Source: Giardia intestinalis
Taxonomy: Eukaryota
Direction: 5' to 3' (one strand)
Assembly: GCA_000002435.2 (NCBI GenBank)
Contig: CM018793.1
Length of the DNA stretch: 64,000 nt
Each line of letters begins with the position of its first letter. Positions within the stretch are counted from its first letter, which is position 1. The translations under genes were made by a program, and so were the position numbers. Under the pieces are notes generated by a model. That model did no database searches. It was not told the origin of the DNA and saw only the letters and a list, made by a program, of their open reading frames with translations. Positions 50,901 to 58,933 of this stretch are shown one piece after another.

Positions 50901-53450
50901 GGGGTCCGTTATACTCTTACTAGCGTCACAAATATCACTGAGTCAGTAGAGGCAGCGCAACTTACTGAGTGGTCTCTGTCATGCCTTGCTGACTGCATCA
51001 ACGCCAATCCCGGTGCAGACCCTTTGTTGATAGATGCCAATGTCACAATTGAAAACGTAAGCGAGTTTTTGAAAGCCAACCCAGGAGTCGATGCCCTTCA
51101 GGTCATGGAGCGCTGCCTGGTGAAGCGTCCTCGGCGACTCTTCGAGCCAATGCTTCAGTATCCAAATGGATTCCCCGTCTGTCTTAGCTACATGAATCAC
51201 TTGGGCCTCGACACATATCGCTACGATTACTTGACCGTTGGGGATCGTCAGACAGGATCCCTGGGAACCAACGAGACGCAATTCAGTTGGTACTACATTG
51301 GCGTAGTAGGTGACGCTTCGAAGGTCGAGACCTCAGACAGCATATCATTGAGCCTGTCTCTGGACGACCCTCTTATAGCAGGCTCTCCAACGGAAGGGCT
51401 TGACTATTATGTCGCAAACGAACCCCAGCAGATCTCTTTCTCTCCCCAGAACTTTGGGGATGTGTGGAGGAGGGGCGTGGAGGCAGGCCTCAGACACCCC
51501 TTGGACTCCGATGACCTGTTCTCGTTTGTGGCCCCCCGCATGACTGTACCTCAGCATTTTCGCAGTGACACATCTGTGCCTTTGACAGATGCAGAGGATT
51601 ATGCACTTCTGCTTGAGGAGACTATTCTTCGCCAACCCACGGCAAGTGACTTCTTTGAGGGGATTACGTCTACAATTGGCAGCACGTTTATTAAGCCAGA
51701 CTGCTTCGATTCACAGCCGGCTGTACAAGCACGTGTGGTTCGCAGGGTGTTCAGAAGCATCCCTGCGGTTATCTTTCAACCAGGCCAGCACGAGGCAGGC
51801 AGTGCATTGCTTCTCAAGATGTACACTATGCTTCCTCCTCTCGGGCCACAACGCAAGGCCTATCGTGATTGGGTCATTACCTTTACTCCATCAGCAGAGC
51901 GGGCCGATATGCTGGTATCTACCTCGAAATATTTAATCCCTACCTTATTTCAGTATATGAACGAATCTCTTAAGAATGCCGTTGATATTACAAAAGCAGA
52001 TCGTGTCAGATTCACATTCACGACGATTGGGGCGGATGCGATGGCCAAGATGACCGGCGCTCTCTTCCGTCAGCACCTCGTAGAGTCTCTTCGGGACACG
52101 CTTGGTGTAGAGGAGGCGTGGCGCCAAGGCACGGAGTTCACCTATGACGGGTCCGTGATGAGTATCCCTAGGCGGTATCTGAACAGAGATCTCATATTCG
52201 AAACTCCGGGGGCAGCCCTGCAATCGATGGAGATAATGAGTGACTACTACTTAGTGTTCCTCTTGTTGCTAGGAAGCGTCATTGTAGCTGGCCGCGCTGC
52301 CCGGGAGTTTCAGCAGCGCACTGTGACCCTCCTCCGCCTCCACGGAGCCTCTGAAATACGCGTTGTCATGGTTCTTATCCTGTACTTCAGCATCTGGACC
52401 ATCACCCCCACAATACTGATTGCAGCGGCCTTGACAGCACTCTTTAAGGACGCCTTCTTCATCCACGGTCCTGCAGTGGCCGCTGTCGCATATACCTGCC
52501 TGGGAATGATAGCTCTTTCCAGTGTGTTCAATGCAGTCCTAGTGGCCGTGCTCCTTCGTTCTCAGCAGAACGCCATGCTGACCGTGGTTCTCCAGATCCT
52601 CGTCGCTGTCTTTGTCTCCGGCTCTCTCAGGGCCGAGGGAGCAGTGGCCGCCGTCCTGGGCCTTCTGGCTCCTGGTGTGGGGTACATGCCCGTGCTGCGA
52701 AACGCCATAGGACTTAGCCGCATTAGCTGGGGGTCTCTTGCCCTCTCGTTTCTGATATCGCTGCTAGAGGTCTTTGCCTCGCTTGGCGTGCTGCTGCTCA
52801 GGAAGATTCGGGTCCGCCAGAGGATCAAAGACAGGACCCCTGACGGATCAGATTCAGAGGAGTCTGGACTGCTGAGTGGGCTATCAGAAACAACCTCCAT
52901 GACCAGCCTCAACTTAGAAAAGAAGGATGCGCCCCCTGGGCACCCTGACAACCACCTCAGCGTGCAGGGGATCTCGCACAGCTATCGCAAGGGCGCCCAC
53001 GCGCTCGACAACGCCTCGTTTTCGGTGCCGGCGGGGAGCATCTTCGCCCTGCTCGGCGCCAACGGGGCCGGGAAGTCCACGATGATGCACGCCTTGACAG
53101 GAGTCCTGAGGCCGACTGCTGGAAGCGCTCTCTGCGTGCGTAACGAGGCCGACAGCAGACGGGTTGACCTCTTCCGGCGGGTCCACCACAGCCGGTACAT
53201 CACAGTTGTTCCCCAGCACGACCTTTACTGGCCGCAGCTCACGGTCCGCTACCACGTGAAAATCATCCGAGGGCTCACGCCCAGGGCACTTCGGCCAAAC
53301 ATCAAGTCGACGGACCACGTGCTCCGCCTGGTGGGGCTGGCCGAGCACGCCGACAAGAGGGCCGGTGCGCTCTCGGGCGGGATGCGGCGGCGCCTCACGC
53401 TCGCGATGGTCCTAGTCTCGTCTCCCTCGCTCATCTGCCTCGACGAGTAG
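47979..53450 (+). CDS. ABCA-subfamily ABC transporter (TMD-NBD-TMD-NBD), 3'-truncated inside NBD2.
   Basis: The first ATG is at 47979 (the track ORF began at a TTG at 47925). TM1 is followed by a large extracellular domain and a TM bundle. NBD1 has GGGKST, LSGGMLRRLALA and ILLDE. TMD2 follows. NBD2 has LLGANGAGKST, LSGGMRRRLTLA and the Walker B LICLDE, and then stops at 53450 with no D-loop or H-loop. Confidence 0.8.
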   Translation: MYPVLRLYLKTARVHLCLYICMIVMPVVVMAAVALFFSFEDRLQSPSSGLGEGTLPRLPLCRDLPGCTSQTVYLAFSPDTIEARRVVDRLVQQNGLESERIVAVRDRATMQRLVAGKNLGPSFVDDVIAANLGETVRGHLLGADGSLASILTPRKVLADRDVVTEMLDTAYGLDDRTLDAFDDEWAASMGPADSVFLALDLNISNREASDIPQAVQYSLWYSQEMMARYAVKHPSPRTRSSAPNSHAMSYVWSPASFSIFEAIHNALTETFIDKTISYSLGEYPSQGSTTTLAGMQAYMILQLSIFLECILTLIFAAHFRGPFQTTLRRLGVSEFCMYGLTFGTLLIANLLAYGLLFGAGSLFKLFPFSSYTPSLNALVSITFALITTASVLLLHMFFYNTSVAIAFGTVALILLVAFPFLILLEEPSFPTIWTQLVVPTWLTKVFYVLFPPLGLVAICDMLVALRPERTSAELVVPTYSQYGFEILFSDINNYHSNRYVCSGTVSLGTSGCTFQLPYLGSLVVTSLVQSILALPLLTLVLLFCKHEPGSQGLPLGFLCSRKFYRTRRPKDNPEFPFLFVSGLRKTYRKAKRCTVVKEEALCGLDLHLKQGEVTGLVATSGGGKSTALGIMAGELAPSGGQCAGLGHDLLCPYTARSLRGFISLCPQEWNNLWINLTVRENVLLCAEIRARVTGRLGELQHRNGSLDGYVDELLKRLGLHDHAHKQASALSGGMLRRLALANATAGGPRLILLDEITVGVDPILKRQIWAYVRALVTEGAAAVLSSHDANEIAELATRVVVLKAGRTQADAPVVQLLEEHGDYVVSVTSESRDAISRVALLLSTELGILLGVGAKELGVTMDPRRASISIPAALVPDAHALAGLVQHCRAFEKREGVQVAVSRARLEDVFEHLLDGEDDAQPEPLRSVTLDEDRKPSVTRHLLLLFLSLDLQEHCRSFASILAALTALFVLIWMGVRYTLTSVTNITESVEAAQLTEWSLSCLADCINANPGADPLLIDANVTIENVSEFLKANPGVDALQVMERCLVKRPRRLFEPMLQYPNGFPVCLSYMNHLGLDTYRYDYLTVGDRQTGSLGTNETQFSWYYIGVVGDASKVETSDSISLSLSLDDPLIAGSPTEGLDYYVANEPQQISFSPQNFGDVWRRGVEAGLRHPLDSDDLFSFVAPRMTVPQHFRSDTSVPLTDAEDYALLLEETILRQPTASDFFEGITSTIGSTFIKPDCFDSQPAVQARVVRRVFRSIPAVIFQPGQHEAGSALLLKMYTMLPPLGPQRKAYRDWVITFTPSAERADMLVSTSKYLIPTLFQYMNESLKNAVDITKADRVRFTFTTIGADAMAKMTGALFRQHLVESLRDTLGVEEAWRQGTEFTYDGSVMSIPRRYLNRDLIFETPGAALQSMEIMSDYYLVFLLLLGSVIVAGRAAREFQQRTVTLLRLHGASEIRVVMVLILYFSIWTITPTILIAAALTALFKDAFFIHGPAVAAVAYTCLGMIALSSVFNAVLVAVLLRSQQNAMLTVVLQILVAVFVSGSLRAEGAVAAVLGLLAPGVGYMPVLRNAIGLSRISWGSLALSFLISLLEVFASLGVLLLRKIRVRQRIKDRTPDGSDSEESGLLSGLSETTSMTSLNLEKKDAPPGHPDNHLSVQGISHSYRKGAHALDNASFSVPAGSIFALLGANGAGKSTMMHALTGVLRPTAGSALCVRNEADSRRVDLFRRVHHSRYITVVPQHDLYWPQLTVRYHVKIIRGLTPRALRPNIKSTDHVLRLVGLAEHADKRAGALSGGMRRRLTLAMVLVSSPSLICLDE

Positions 53451-55585
53451 GGTAGACAGAGGCGGTTTACTACGTAATATGCGCGCAAGGCGGTAAGGAC
53501 ATTGGAGGGGAGGCAGCCTCACGACGGAGGGGAAGGGCCCGCCCGGGGCGCCCAGCCCCCGTGCCCGCGTGGTCTCGCGGCGGGGGCGCGGCCAGGGGGG
53601 CCTTCTCCCCAGCTCCAGGGGTATGCTCCTGTGCGCGGGGGCGCGCGGGTCACGGCCAGGGGGGCCAGGCGCTGCAGGCTGTGTGTTAGTGGATCCGCGG
53701 AGAGGGCGGCCTGCGGTGTTAGGGCATAGCGGCATGCAGACATACAGGCCCGAGGGAGGCGTGCCATGTGAGGGGGAGTGGTAGGGGGGCATCCTGGAGG
53801 ATCGATGGCGAAGGTGCCGATCCTCCTCCGTGGCGGCGCAGGAGTCCTGGATGAGACGTGATGGCGTGGGTGCTTGGCCTTTGCTCGAGCGCATGGTGTG
53901 GGTGGACCGATTCCCCGCATCCTCCAGGCCCTGCGGGGGCGGTCTTCAGGCCCAAATTCTGGATTTTGGAAAAAATAAAATCCACCATGAGCGTCGCCCC
54001 GGCGCAACCAGCAGGCCCTGGGCCGCGGAAACAAAGAGACAAATAGCCCGTGGACCAAGAAGAGTGCAGGCCTGTTTGGGGGGTAGAAGACGACGCGTCG
54101 GGCCAGAAACCCAGGGATCCAGGATTCCAGTCAAAGGCAGGCCTACAGACCGGCCCACTGCACCGCGCACATACGCGAGGCACCATAATGCTGTTGCACT
54201 AAAAAGGGAAGCGCGAGCCCAGAGAACCGGCGAGGAAACAGCTTGGGGGTGGAGGGGTTTGGGGAGCCCAAATTCTGGCCCATCGACACACGGGGTGAGC
54301 TGTGGCCGGCCCAAGGGGACAGCGTGGACAGGTGTGTGCAGTGCCCCATATAAGGATGCACGATGGGGATCGGCCGGGGCCACCGATTCGGGGGACAAGG
54401 GAGACGCGTCCGGACTGTCCCCGGGAGTCCGTGAGAAGGGAGGGTGCGGACCGTGCACCATAGCTAGCCCATCCACACGTGTCGTGCTATTCCAGAATGG
54501 TGGCTCACCGGAGGCGTCTGGCCAAGATGGCGGGGGCAGCGGGGCGGTGGTCCCATACGGCCCAGGAGGCCGACAGAAGGTCACGCCTGAGAGAGCAGAC
54601 TGACGGCTTAGGAGGTGGTGTGGGGAGGCACGGGTGATGGAGGAGGCCCCCTAAGGGCGGGTCCAGGCTGATGACGCCAGCTCAGGACAGACCGGCAGAG
54701 CGCCGTGGAGCCATATTCTTCTGTGCGTGCCAGTCCCATCTGTGACAAGCAACCCATGTGGTGCCAGCGCTGGTGGGAGGCATGTGGCCCAGGTATGGAG
54801 CGAAACCTGGGGGCCCGGCCGGGACTGTCAACAGCCGTCACCGCGACTCAGCGGAGACCGAGCAGGAGAGGTAGAGAGGAGCAGGGGAGAATGGGCCAGG
54901 CAAACACAGGCGCATGAGGGATGGCCCATTGGAGGGCAAGCACCTGGAGGCCAGGGCCAGAGTGACCAGGTTCCCTGTACCGGGGCGCCCAGAGTGGGTA
55001 CATGAGGGGGGGCAGTGGGGAAGCGATGCACCCGAGGGCTCAGTAGCACATAGCACCCGGCCATCCTCTCCAGGGGGCACCGGGGCGCTGCAGCAGAGGA
55101 TGGCCCGAGCCAGGGCTGTGCCGCCCCGGACCGGAGGCGGCCACTGGCGGGCAGTTCCATGGGGGGATCAGCACGGCGCGGTGCGATGGTACGAATGACA
55201 CACGGGGCTAGCCTCTTCCCCCAGCACCAGCTCGCCAGACTCAGCACCCAAGGACCGCCGCTGCCCGGGAGGACAGACAGACGAACACCGGGCTGCGGCG
55301 TGGGCAGATGACGAGTCCCATCGAGGAAGTGCCCAAACGTAGGCAGGGCGGGTGTCTGGCCATCCAGGGGGGCGTCCGGCCTGGCCCGGCCTGGTCGAGT
55401 GTGTATGGCATCGCGGCTAGGCATCTATCGCACCGTGTCTGGACGTGATGCACACCCGAATGATAGGGGCAAGAGGCCTCGGGTGCGAGCGAGGAGTACC
55501 AGGGGAGACAGCTCGGCACGCAGGCCCAGGGGTCCGTTCGCGCTGTGGGGCAGCCGACAGCGGGCAGGGTGCCCAAGCATGACCA

Positions 55586-58500
55586 CTAGCGCCCCGTGTC
55601 GATGCGTTTGAAGGGGTAGAAGCCATCAGGGGCATGCGGCTTGGGAGGACCGACGCGCTTGAAGAAGGACGGCAGGGCCTTGTGCACCGGCTCGGGTGCT
55701 CCTGCATCGTCGGGGCTGTCGTCATCCAGTGGAGGCGGGGAGGGGGCCCTTGAGCACATGAAGGGGTCTGGGCGTTCGTTTGCATCCGGCTGTGCGGGGT
55801 GATCGGTGCCCCAGGTGATCGAGGAGGAGACCTCAGCAGGACCCCAGGGAGGAGGGACTGCCGCATCAGGATGCTGGCTGAGATCGGCCATGATCTCTAC
55901 GGAGGGCGACGTGCCAGGGCTCCACATGGCAGGGGTGAGGGGAGTAGGAGGAGTAGCCCGAGCCTCGTTGGGAGCCGGTTCCGGCAGGGATACTGCAGGG
56001 GCGGGGCGGTGCACCGGCCTCTCCACTCGCAGCCCAGCGTACAGGAGGGCCGACAGCCTGTAGTGCCAGAGGATGACCTGCGCCGCCTCCTGCATGAAGC
56101 GCGCAAGGTCCACGCCGGCGAACGCGAGTCCGGCCGCAGACAGGTGGTGCAGGACGCCGTCAGCACCGACCACGACGGGGAGGATGTGGGCCGCCCGCCC
56201 CTGGAGCACGAGGGGGCGATACTTGGCGGCCTTCAGGGCATAGGACCGCTCCAGCCTCCACGGGACAGTGACCACCAAGTCCCCGAAGCCCCCACCGATG
56301 ACAAGGTCAGGCTGGAGGTGATCCACTGGGATCGTGGGATTGCGCACAACAGACCCAGCGCGACCGCGGGAGCACGCGAGCAGGGCGTCCAGAATCTTGT
56401 CGTGCCGCGCCACGTGAATCCCGTTAATGGCCTTGCACACCAGATGGTGCCTGGGAAGGAAGGGCTGCTTGCAGTGGCAGCACGTGCCCATCGGCCGGCC
56501 CCGCTGGTACCTCCCCGCCAAGCAGTCCCCTATGAACAGGACCTGCGTGTTGTCCAGGGGTGCGCAGCCCAGCAATGCGAGCGGCAGGAAGGATCGGAGC
56601 GCGGCCGTGTCCTGCAGGCGCTTCTTCCTCAGCTCGCGGAAGACGCCCGCCTTCATGTCCTGGCGCTGCCTGTGCATCTCGTCGTAGTAGTGATGGGGCA
56701 GCACCAGTCCGAGGCCGTACTTCGCGCGGGGCGTCAGAGCAAGGGTCTTCGCAAGGGGTTCGGGGATCTCCAGAAGGGTCGCGACCTCCTCCACTATCTG
56801 CGCATCGACGTCGGCATAGGGGGACGGGCCCGGGTAGTCGTCAACAAGGGGTCCATAGTTAACTGCAGGGACGACGCAGGCAGACAGGAGCCTGAGGCGG
56901 TCGTGGAGTGAGAGACCCGAAGCACGGAGGACGGCGAGATGCTCGTGGAGCCGGCGGGCCGATGTCTGCGCGAGGTTGAAGGAGGAGTGCTTGAGCACGC
57001 GGGTGCCCATGAAGGAGATCGCCCCGGCCTGGGTCGAGGAGCACTTCGAGAGCTCGACCGTGAGCCCTATGCGGGAGAGGGCAGACTGCGCGTCACTCTT
57101 CACGGTATCTATGGGAATCGCCTCCTCTGACGCAATGACGAGGTCGTCGGCGTATGCAACGACCTTGTACTGGCCGAGGTACGTCTCCACCGGCCAGACA
57201 AGGCTCTGGCAGAACATCGCCATGGACAGCGGGTCCCCCTGTGGCACGCCCGCTGGGACCGCGGGGAGGTCCGAGGAGTGCCGAGCCGCGAGGAACGACT
57301 CAATGTACGCGACGGTCGGCTGGACCACCCCTGCCCGGCGGAGCGCAAAGAGGATGACGGAATGCGGGACGCTGTTGAAGGCATTCCGCACATCCACCGT
57401 GAGCAGGTGGTGTGTCCTCTTCAGCTCCTCGGCCGCGCGGATCGCCTTCATCTGGGCGAGGTGCTCAAAGGCCAGCTGCCACGCCGGGAGCTTGCGGAGC
57501 GCGGGAGTCCGACGCAGGAGCAAGCGGTGGAAGGCGACCAGAAGCGTCTCCTGCACTGCGATAGGGCGCCATCGGCCGCCAGACTTGGGCAGAAGCTTCA
57601 GCCTGAACTCGCACAGGGGCTGGAGCTGGGCCCAGTTCCTGCTGGAGAAGAGGGTCGTCAGGACAGAGGTGAAGAGCTCCGCAGCCCCGGCGGCCCCACA
57701 AAGGTGCAGGAGGTGAGGCTTCCCCAGCCCAGAGGGTCCGGCCGCGACAGGCCTCATCGCCTGCAGCTCCTTCAGCAGCGCCTTGGCCGTTATCTTGGGC
57801 GACGGGCCGAGCACGTGATGGACGGGGGGCAGAGAGACAGGCATGGGGCGCGGGTGGAGCTCATGGACAATCGCTTCCCGCTCCTTGCCCTGGGGCTCGG
57901 GGACCCTGGCGGCAGAGGACGTCTCGCTCAACAGCGCCTGCCATGCCCGGCCGAGCAGCCCCTTCCGGAGAAGCGACTGCGCCGGGGGGAGCCGTCCAGA
58001 GCCCTCCATGCGGCGGCACGTCGAGAGGAAGCGCGCTAGGGCCTCTACAGGAGGAAGGCGCCCCGCCATCTCTGTGAATACGTCAGTGAGGAGGCGAAGC
58101 AGCTCAGGGGACGGGCTGCCACTAGGCACCCCGATGCGCTCGGGGACTGTGGCGTCGAGCGGGAGGTAGTGGCCGAGCCTGGCGATATGGGCCTTCAGCC
58201 CCCTCTCCGTTTTGTATCGGGCCCGGCACATGCTGCATGCATACGGGAACACAGGGTCCGGCGTTGGCGAGGGAGAGGGCTCGGCGGCTGCAGGTGGAGG
58301 GGCAGACCCCGACAGCGGAGAAGGGCTGCGCGACGGAGAAGGTGAACCGGGAGGCGGATGGTGCATCCCGATGTGGACATCGATCGCCGCAGAGTCAGGC
58401 AGCACCTCTCCGCAGCGCTCGCAGACAGTCGTACGGCCCCCAGGAGCAGGCAGGTCTGCGCCCCGGGCCTCCTGCTCGTCCGTGATGGACGGGGAGTTGT

Positions 58501-58915
58501 CGTGGCCCAGGTCGTATGGGAGGCCGTCGTCGGGAATCGGGAGGGGCTCCTGGCCACAGGGCAGAAGGTCGTTCGACAGGCAGGGAGGAGAGGCGTCCCG
58601 GGCCACCGAGGCCCCGGAGCCCTGTAAGCCATGGACAGGAGAAGACTCATTGGGAGAGTTGTCCGTGGCGGAACGGCTGTTGCCAGGCCCAGGCTGGGGG
58701 GATGGGGGCCCGTGGGAGCCGCAGAGGGGCTCGCAAGAGGAAGGCCGGGCCATGGCGGTCGTCGAGGCATCGTTGCCGTCACCCAGCGTCATAGGATCGG
58801 GAGTGCCCCTAGGTAGGGGCCTGTGGGAGTCGGTTGGAGCGTGGTTGGGAGGCTCTGGGCCTGAGGAAGCCCCGATCTCCGTGGTTCCCGAAGGCGCGGA
58901 AAGGGCGGAACGCAT
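55586..58915 (-). CDS. Retrotransposon ORF: N-terminal C2H2 zinc fingers, reverse transcriptase, CCHC knuckle and REL-endonuclease-like domain.
   Basis: C2H2 fingers: CERCGEVLPDSAAIDVHIGMHH and CSMCRARYKTERGLKAHIARLGH. RT blocks: WRPIAVQETLL, LTVDVRNAFNSVPH, GVPQGDPLSMAMF and VAYADDLVIAS (YxDD). CHCKQPF…H zinc knuckle. RHDKILD…PDLVI is REL-endo (PD-(D/E)xK-like). Confidence 0.85.
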   Translation of the reverse strand: MRSALSAPSGTTEIGASSGPEPPNHAPTDSHRPLPRGTPDPMTLGDGNDASTTAMARPSSCEPLCGSHGPPSPQPGPGNSRSATDNSPNESSPVHGLQGSGASVARDASPPCLSNDLLPCGQEPLPIPDDGLPYDLGHDNSPSITDEQEARGADLPAPGGRTTVCERCGEVLPDSAAIDVHIGMHHPPPGSPSPSRSPSPLSGSAPPPAAAEPSPSPTPDPVFPYACSMCRARYKTERGLKAHIARLGHYLPLDATVPERIGVPSGSPSPELLRLLTDVFTEMAGRLPPVEALARFLSTCRRMEGSGRLPPAQSLLRKGLLGRAWQALLSETSSAARVPEPQGKEREAIVHELHPRPMPVSLPPVHHVLGPSPKITAKALLKELQAMRPVAAGPSGLGKPHLLHLCGAAGAAELFTSVLTTLFSSRNWAQLQPLCEFRLKLLPKSGGRWRPIAVQETLLVAFHRLLLRRTPALRKLPAWQLAFEHLAQMKAIRAAEELKRTHHLLTVDVRNAFNSVPHSVILFALRRAGVVQPTVAYIESFLAARHSSDLPAVPAGVPQGDPLSMAMFCQSLVWPVETYLGQYKVVAYADDLVIASEEAIPIDTVKSDAQSALSRIGLTVELSKCSSTQAGAISFMGTRVLKHSSFNLAQTSARRLHEHLAVLRASGLSLHDRLRLLSACVVPAVNYGPLVDDYPGPSPYADVDAQIVEEVATLLEIPEPLAKTLALTPRAKYGLGLVLPHHYYDEMHRQRQDMKAGVFRELRKKRLQDTAALRSFLPLALLGCAPLDNTQVLFIGDCLAGRYQRGRPMGTCCHCKQPFLPRHHLVCKAINGIHVARHDKILDALLACSRGRAGSVVRNPTIPVDHLQPDLVIGGGFGDLVVTVPWRLERSYALKAAKYRPLVLQGRAAHILPVVVGADGVLHHLSAAGLAFAGVDLARFMQEAAQVILWHYRLSALLYAGLRVERPVHRPAPAVSLPEPAPNEARATPPTPLTPAMWSPGTSPSVEIMADLSQHPDAAVPPPWGPAEVSSSITWGTDHPAQPDANERPDPFMCSRAPSPPPLDDDSPDDAGAPEPVHKALPSFFKRVGPPKPHAPDGFYPFKRIDTGR

Positions 58916-58917
58916 GG

Positions 58918-58933
58918 TTTTTTTTTTTTTTTT
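58918..58933 (-). repeat. Poly(A) tail (A16) of copy B at the inter-element junction.
   Basis: T16 on the plus strand lies immediately distal to the copy A ATG (…AAAAAAAAAAAAAAAACCATG… on the minus strand). Confidence 0.85.

Larger units (their letters stand above)
53451..58933 (-). mobile_element. Non-LTR retrotransposon, full unit of about 5.48 kb (copy A). It is a GilM/GilT-like telomere-associated LINE with a single ORF, a 2.1-kb 3' UTR and a poly(A) tail.
   Basis: Minus-strand organisation reading from high to low coordinates: the A16 tail of the upstream copy (58918-58933), ATG at 58913-58915, a 1,109-aa ORF down to 55586, then a 3' UTR from 55585 to 53451. The unit is repeated at an offset of about 5,476 bp and is GC-rich (about 65%). 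Confidence 0.85.

Noticed and set aside
53448-53458. Treating TAGGGTAG at the gene/element junction as definitive telomeric repeat.
   Set aside because: It is only 1.6 repeat units and could arise by chance. I kept it as supporting evidence inside the truncation finding rather than as a feature.
54236-54270. G-tract cluster (GGGGGTGGAGGGGTTTGGGG) in the element 3' UTR as a possible G-quadruplex.
   Set aside because: It has only three to four runs, is on the antisense strand of the element, and sits in a region where G-runs are expected by composition alone. It is not distinctive enough to call.
53502-55585. ORFs inside the retroelement 3' UTR (e.g. 53830-54603, 53946-54584, 54828-55424) as possible second element genes.
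   Set aside because: They overlap on both strands with a skewed Pro/Gly/Arg/Ala composition. GilM/GilT-type elements have a single ORF, and the 2.1-kb region behaves as a GC-rich UTR.
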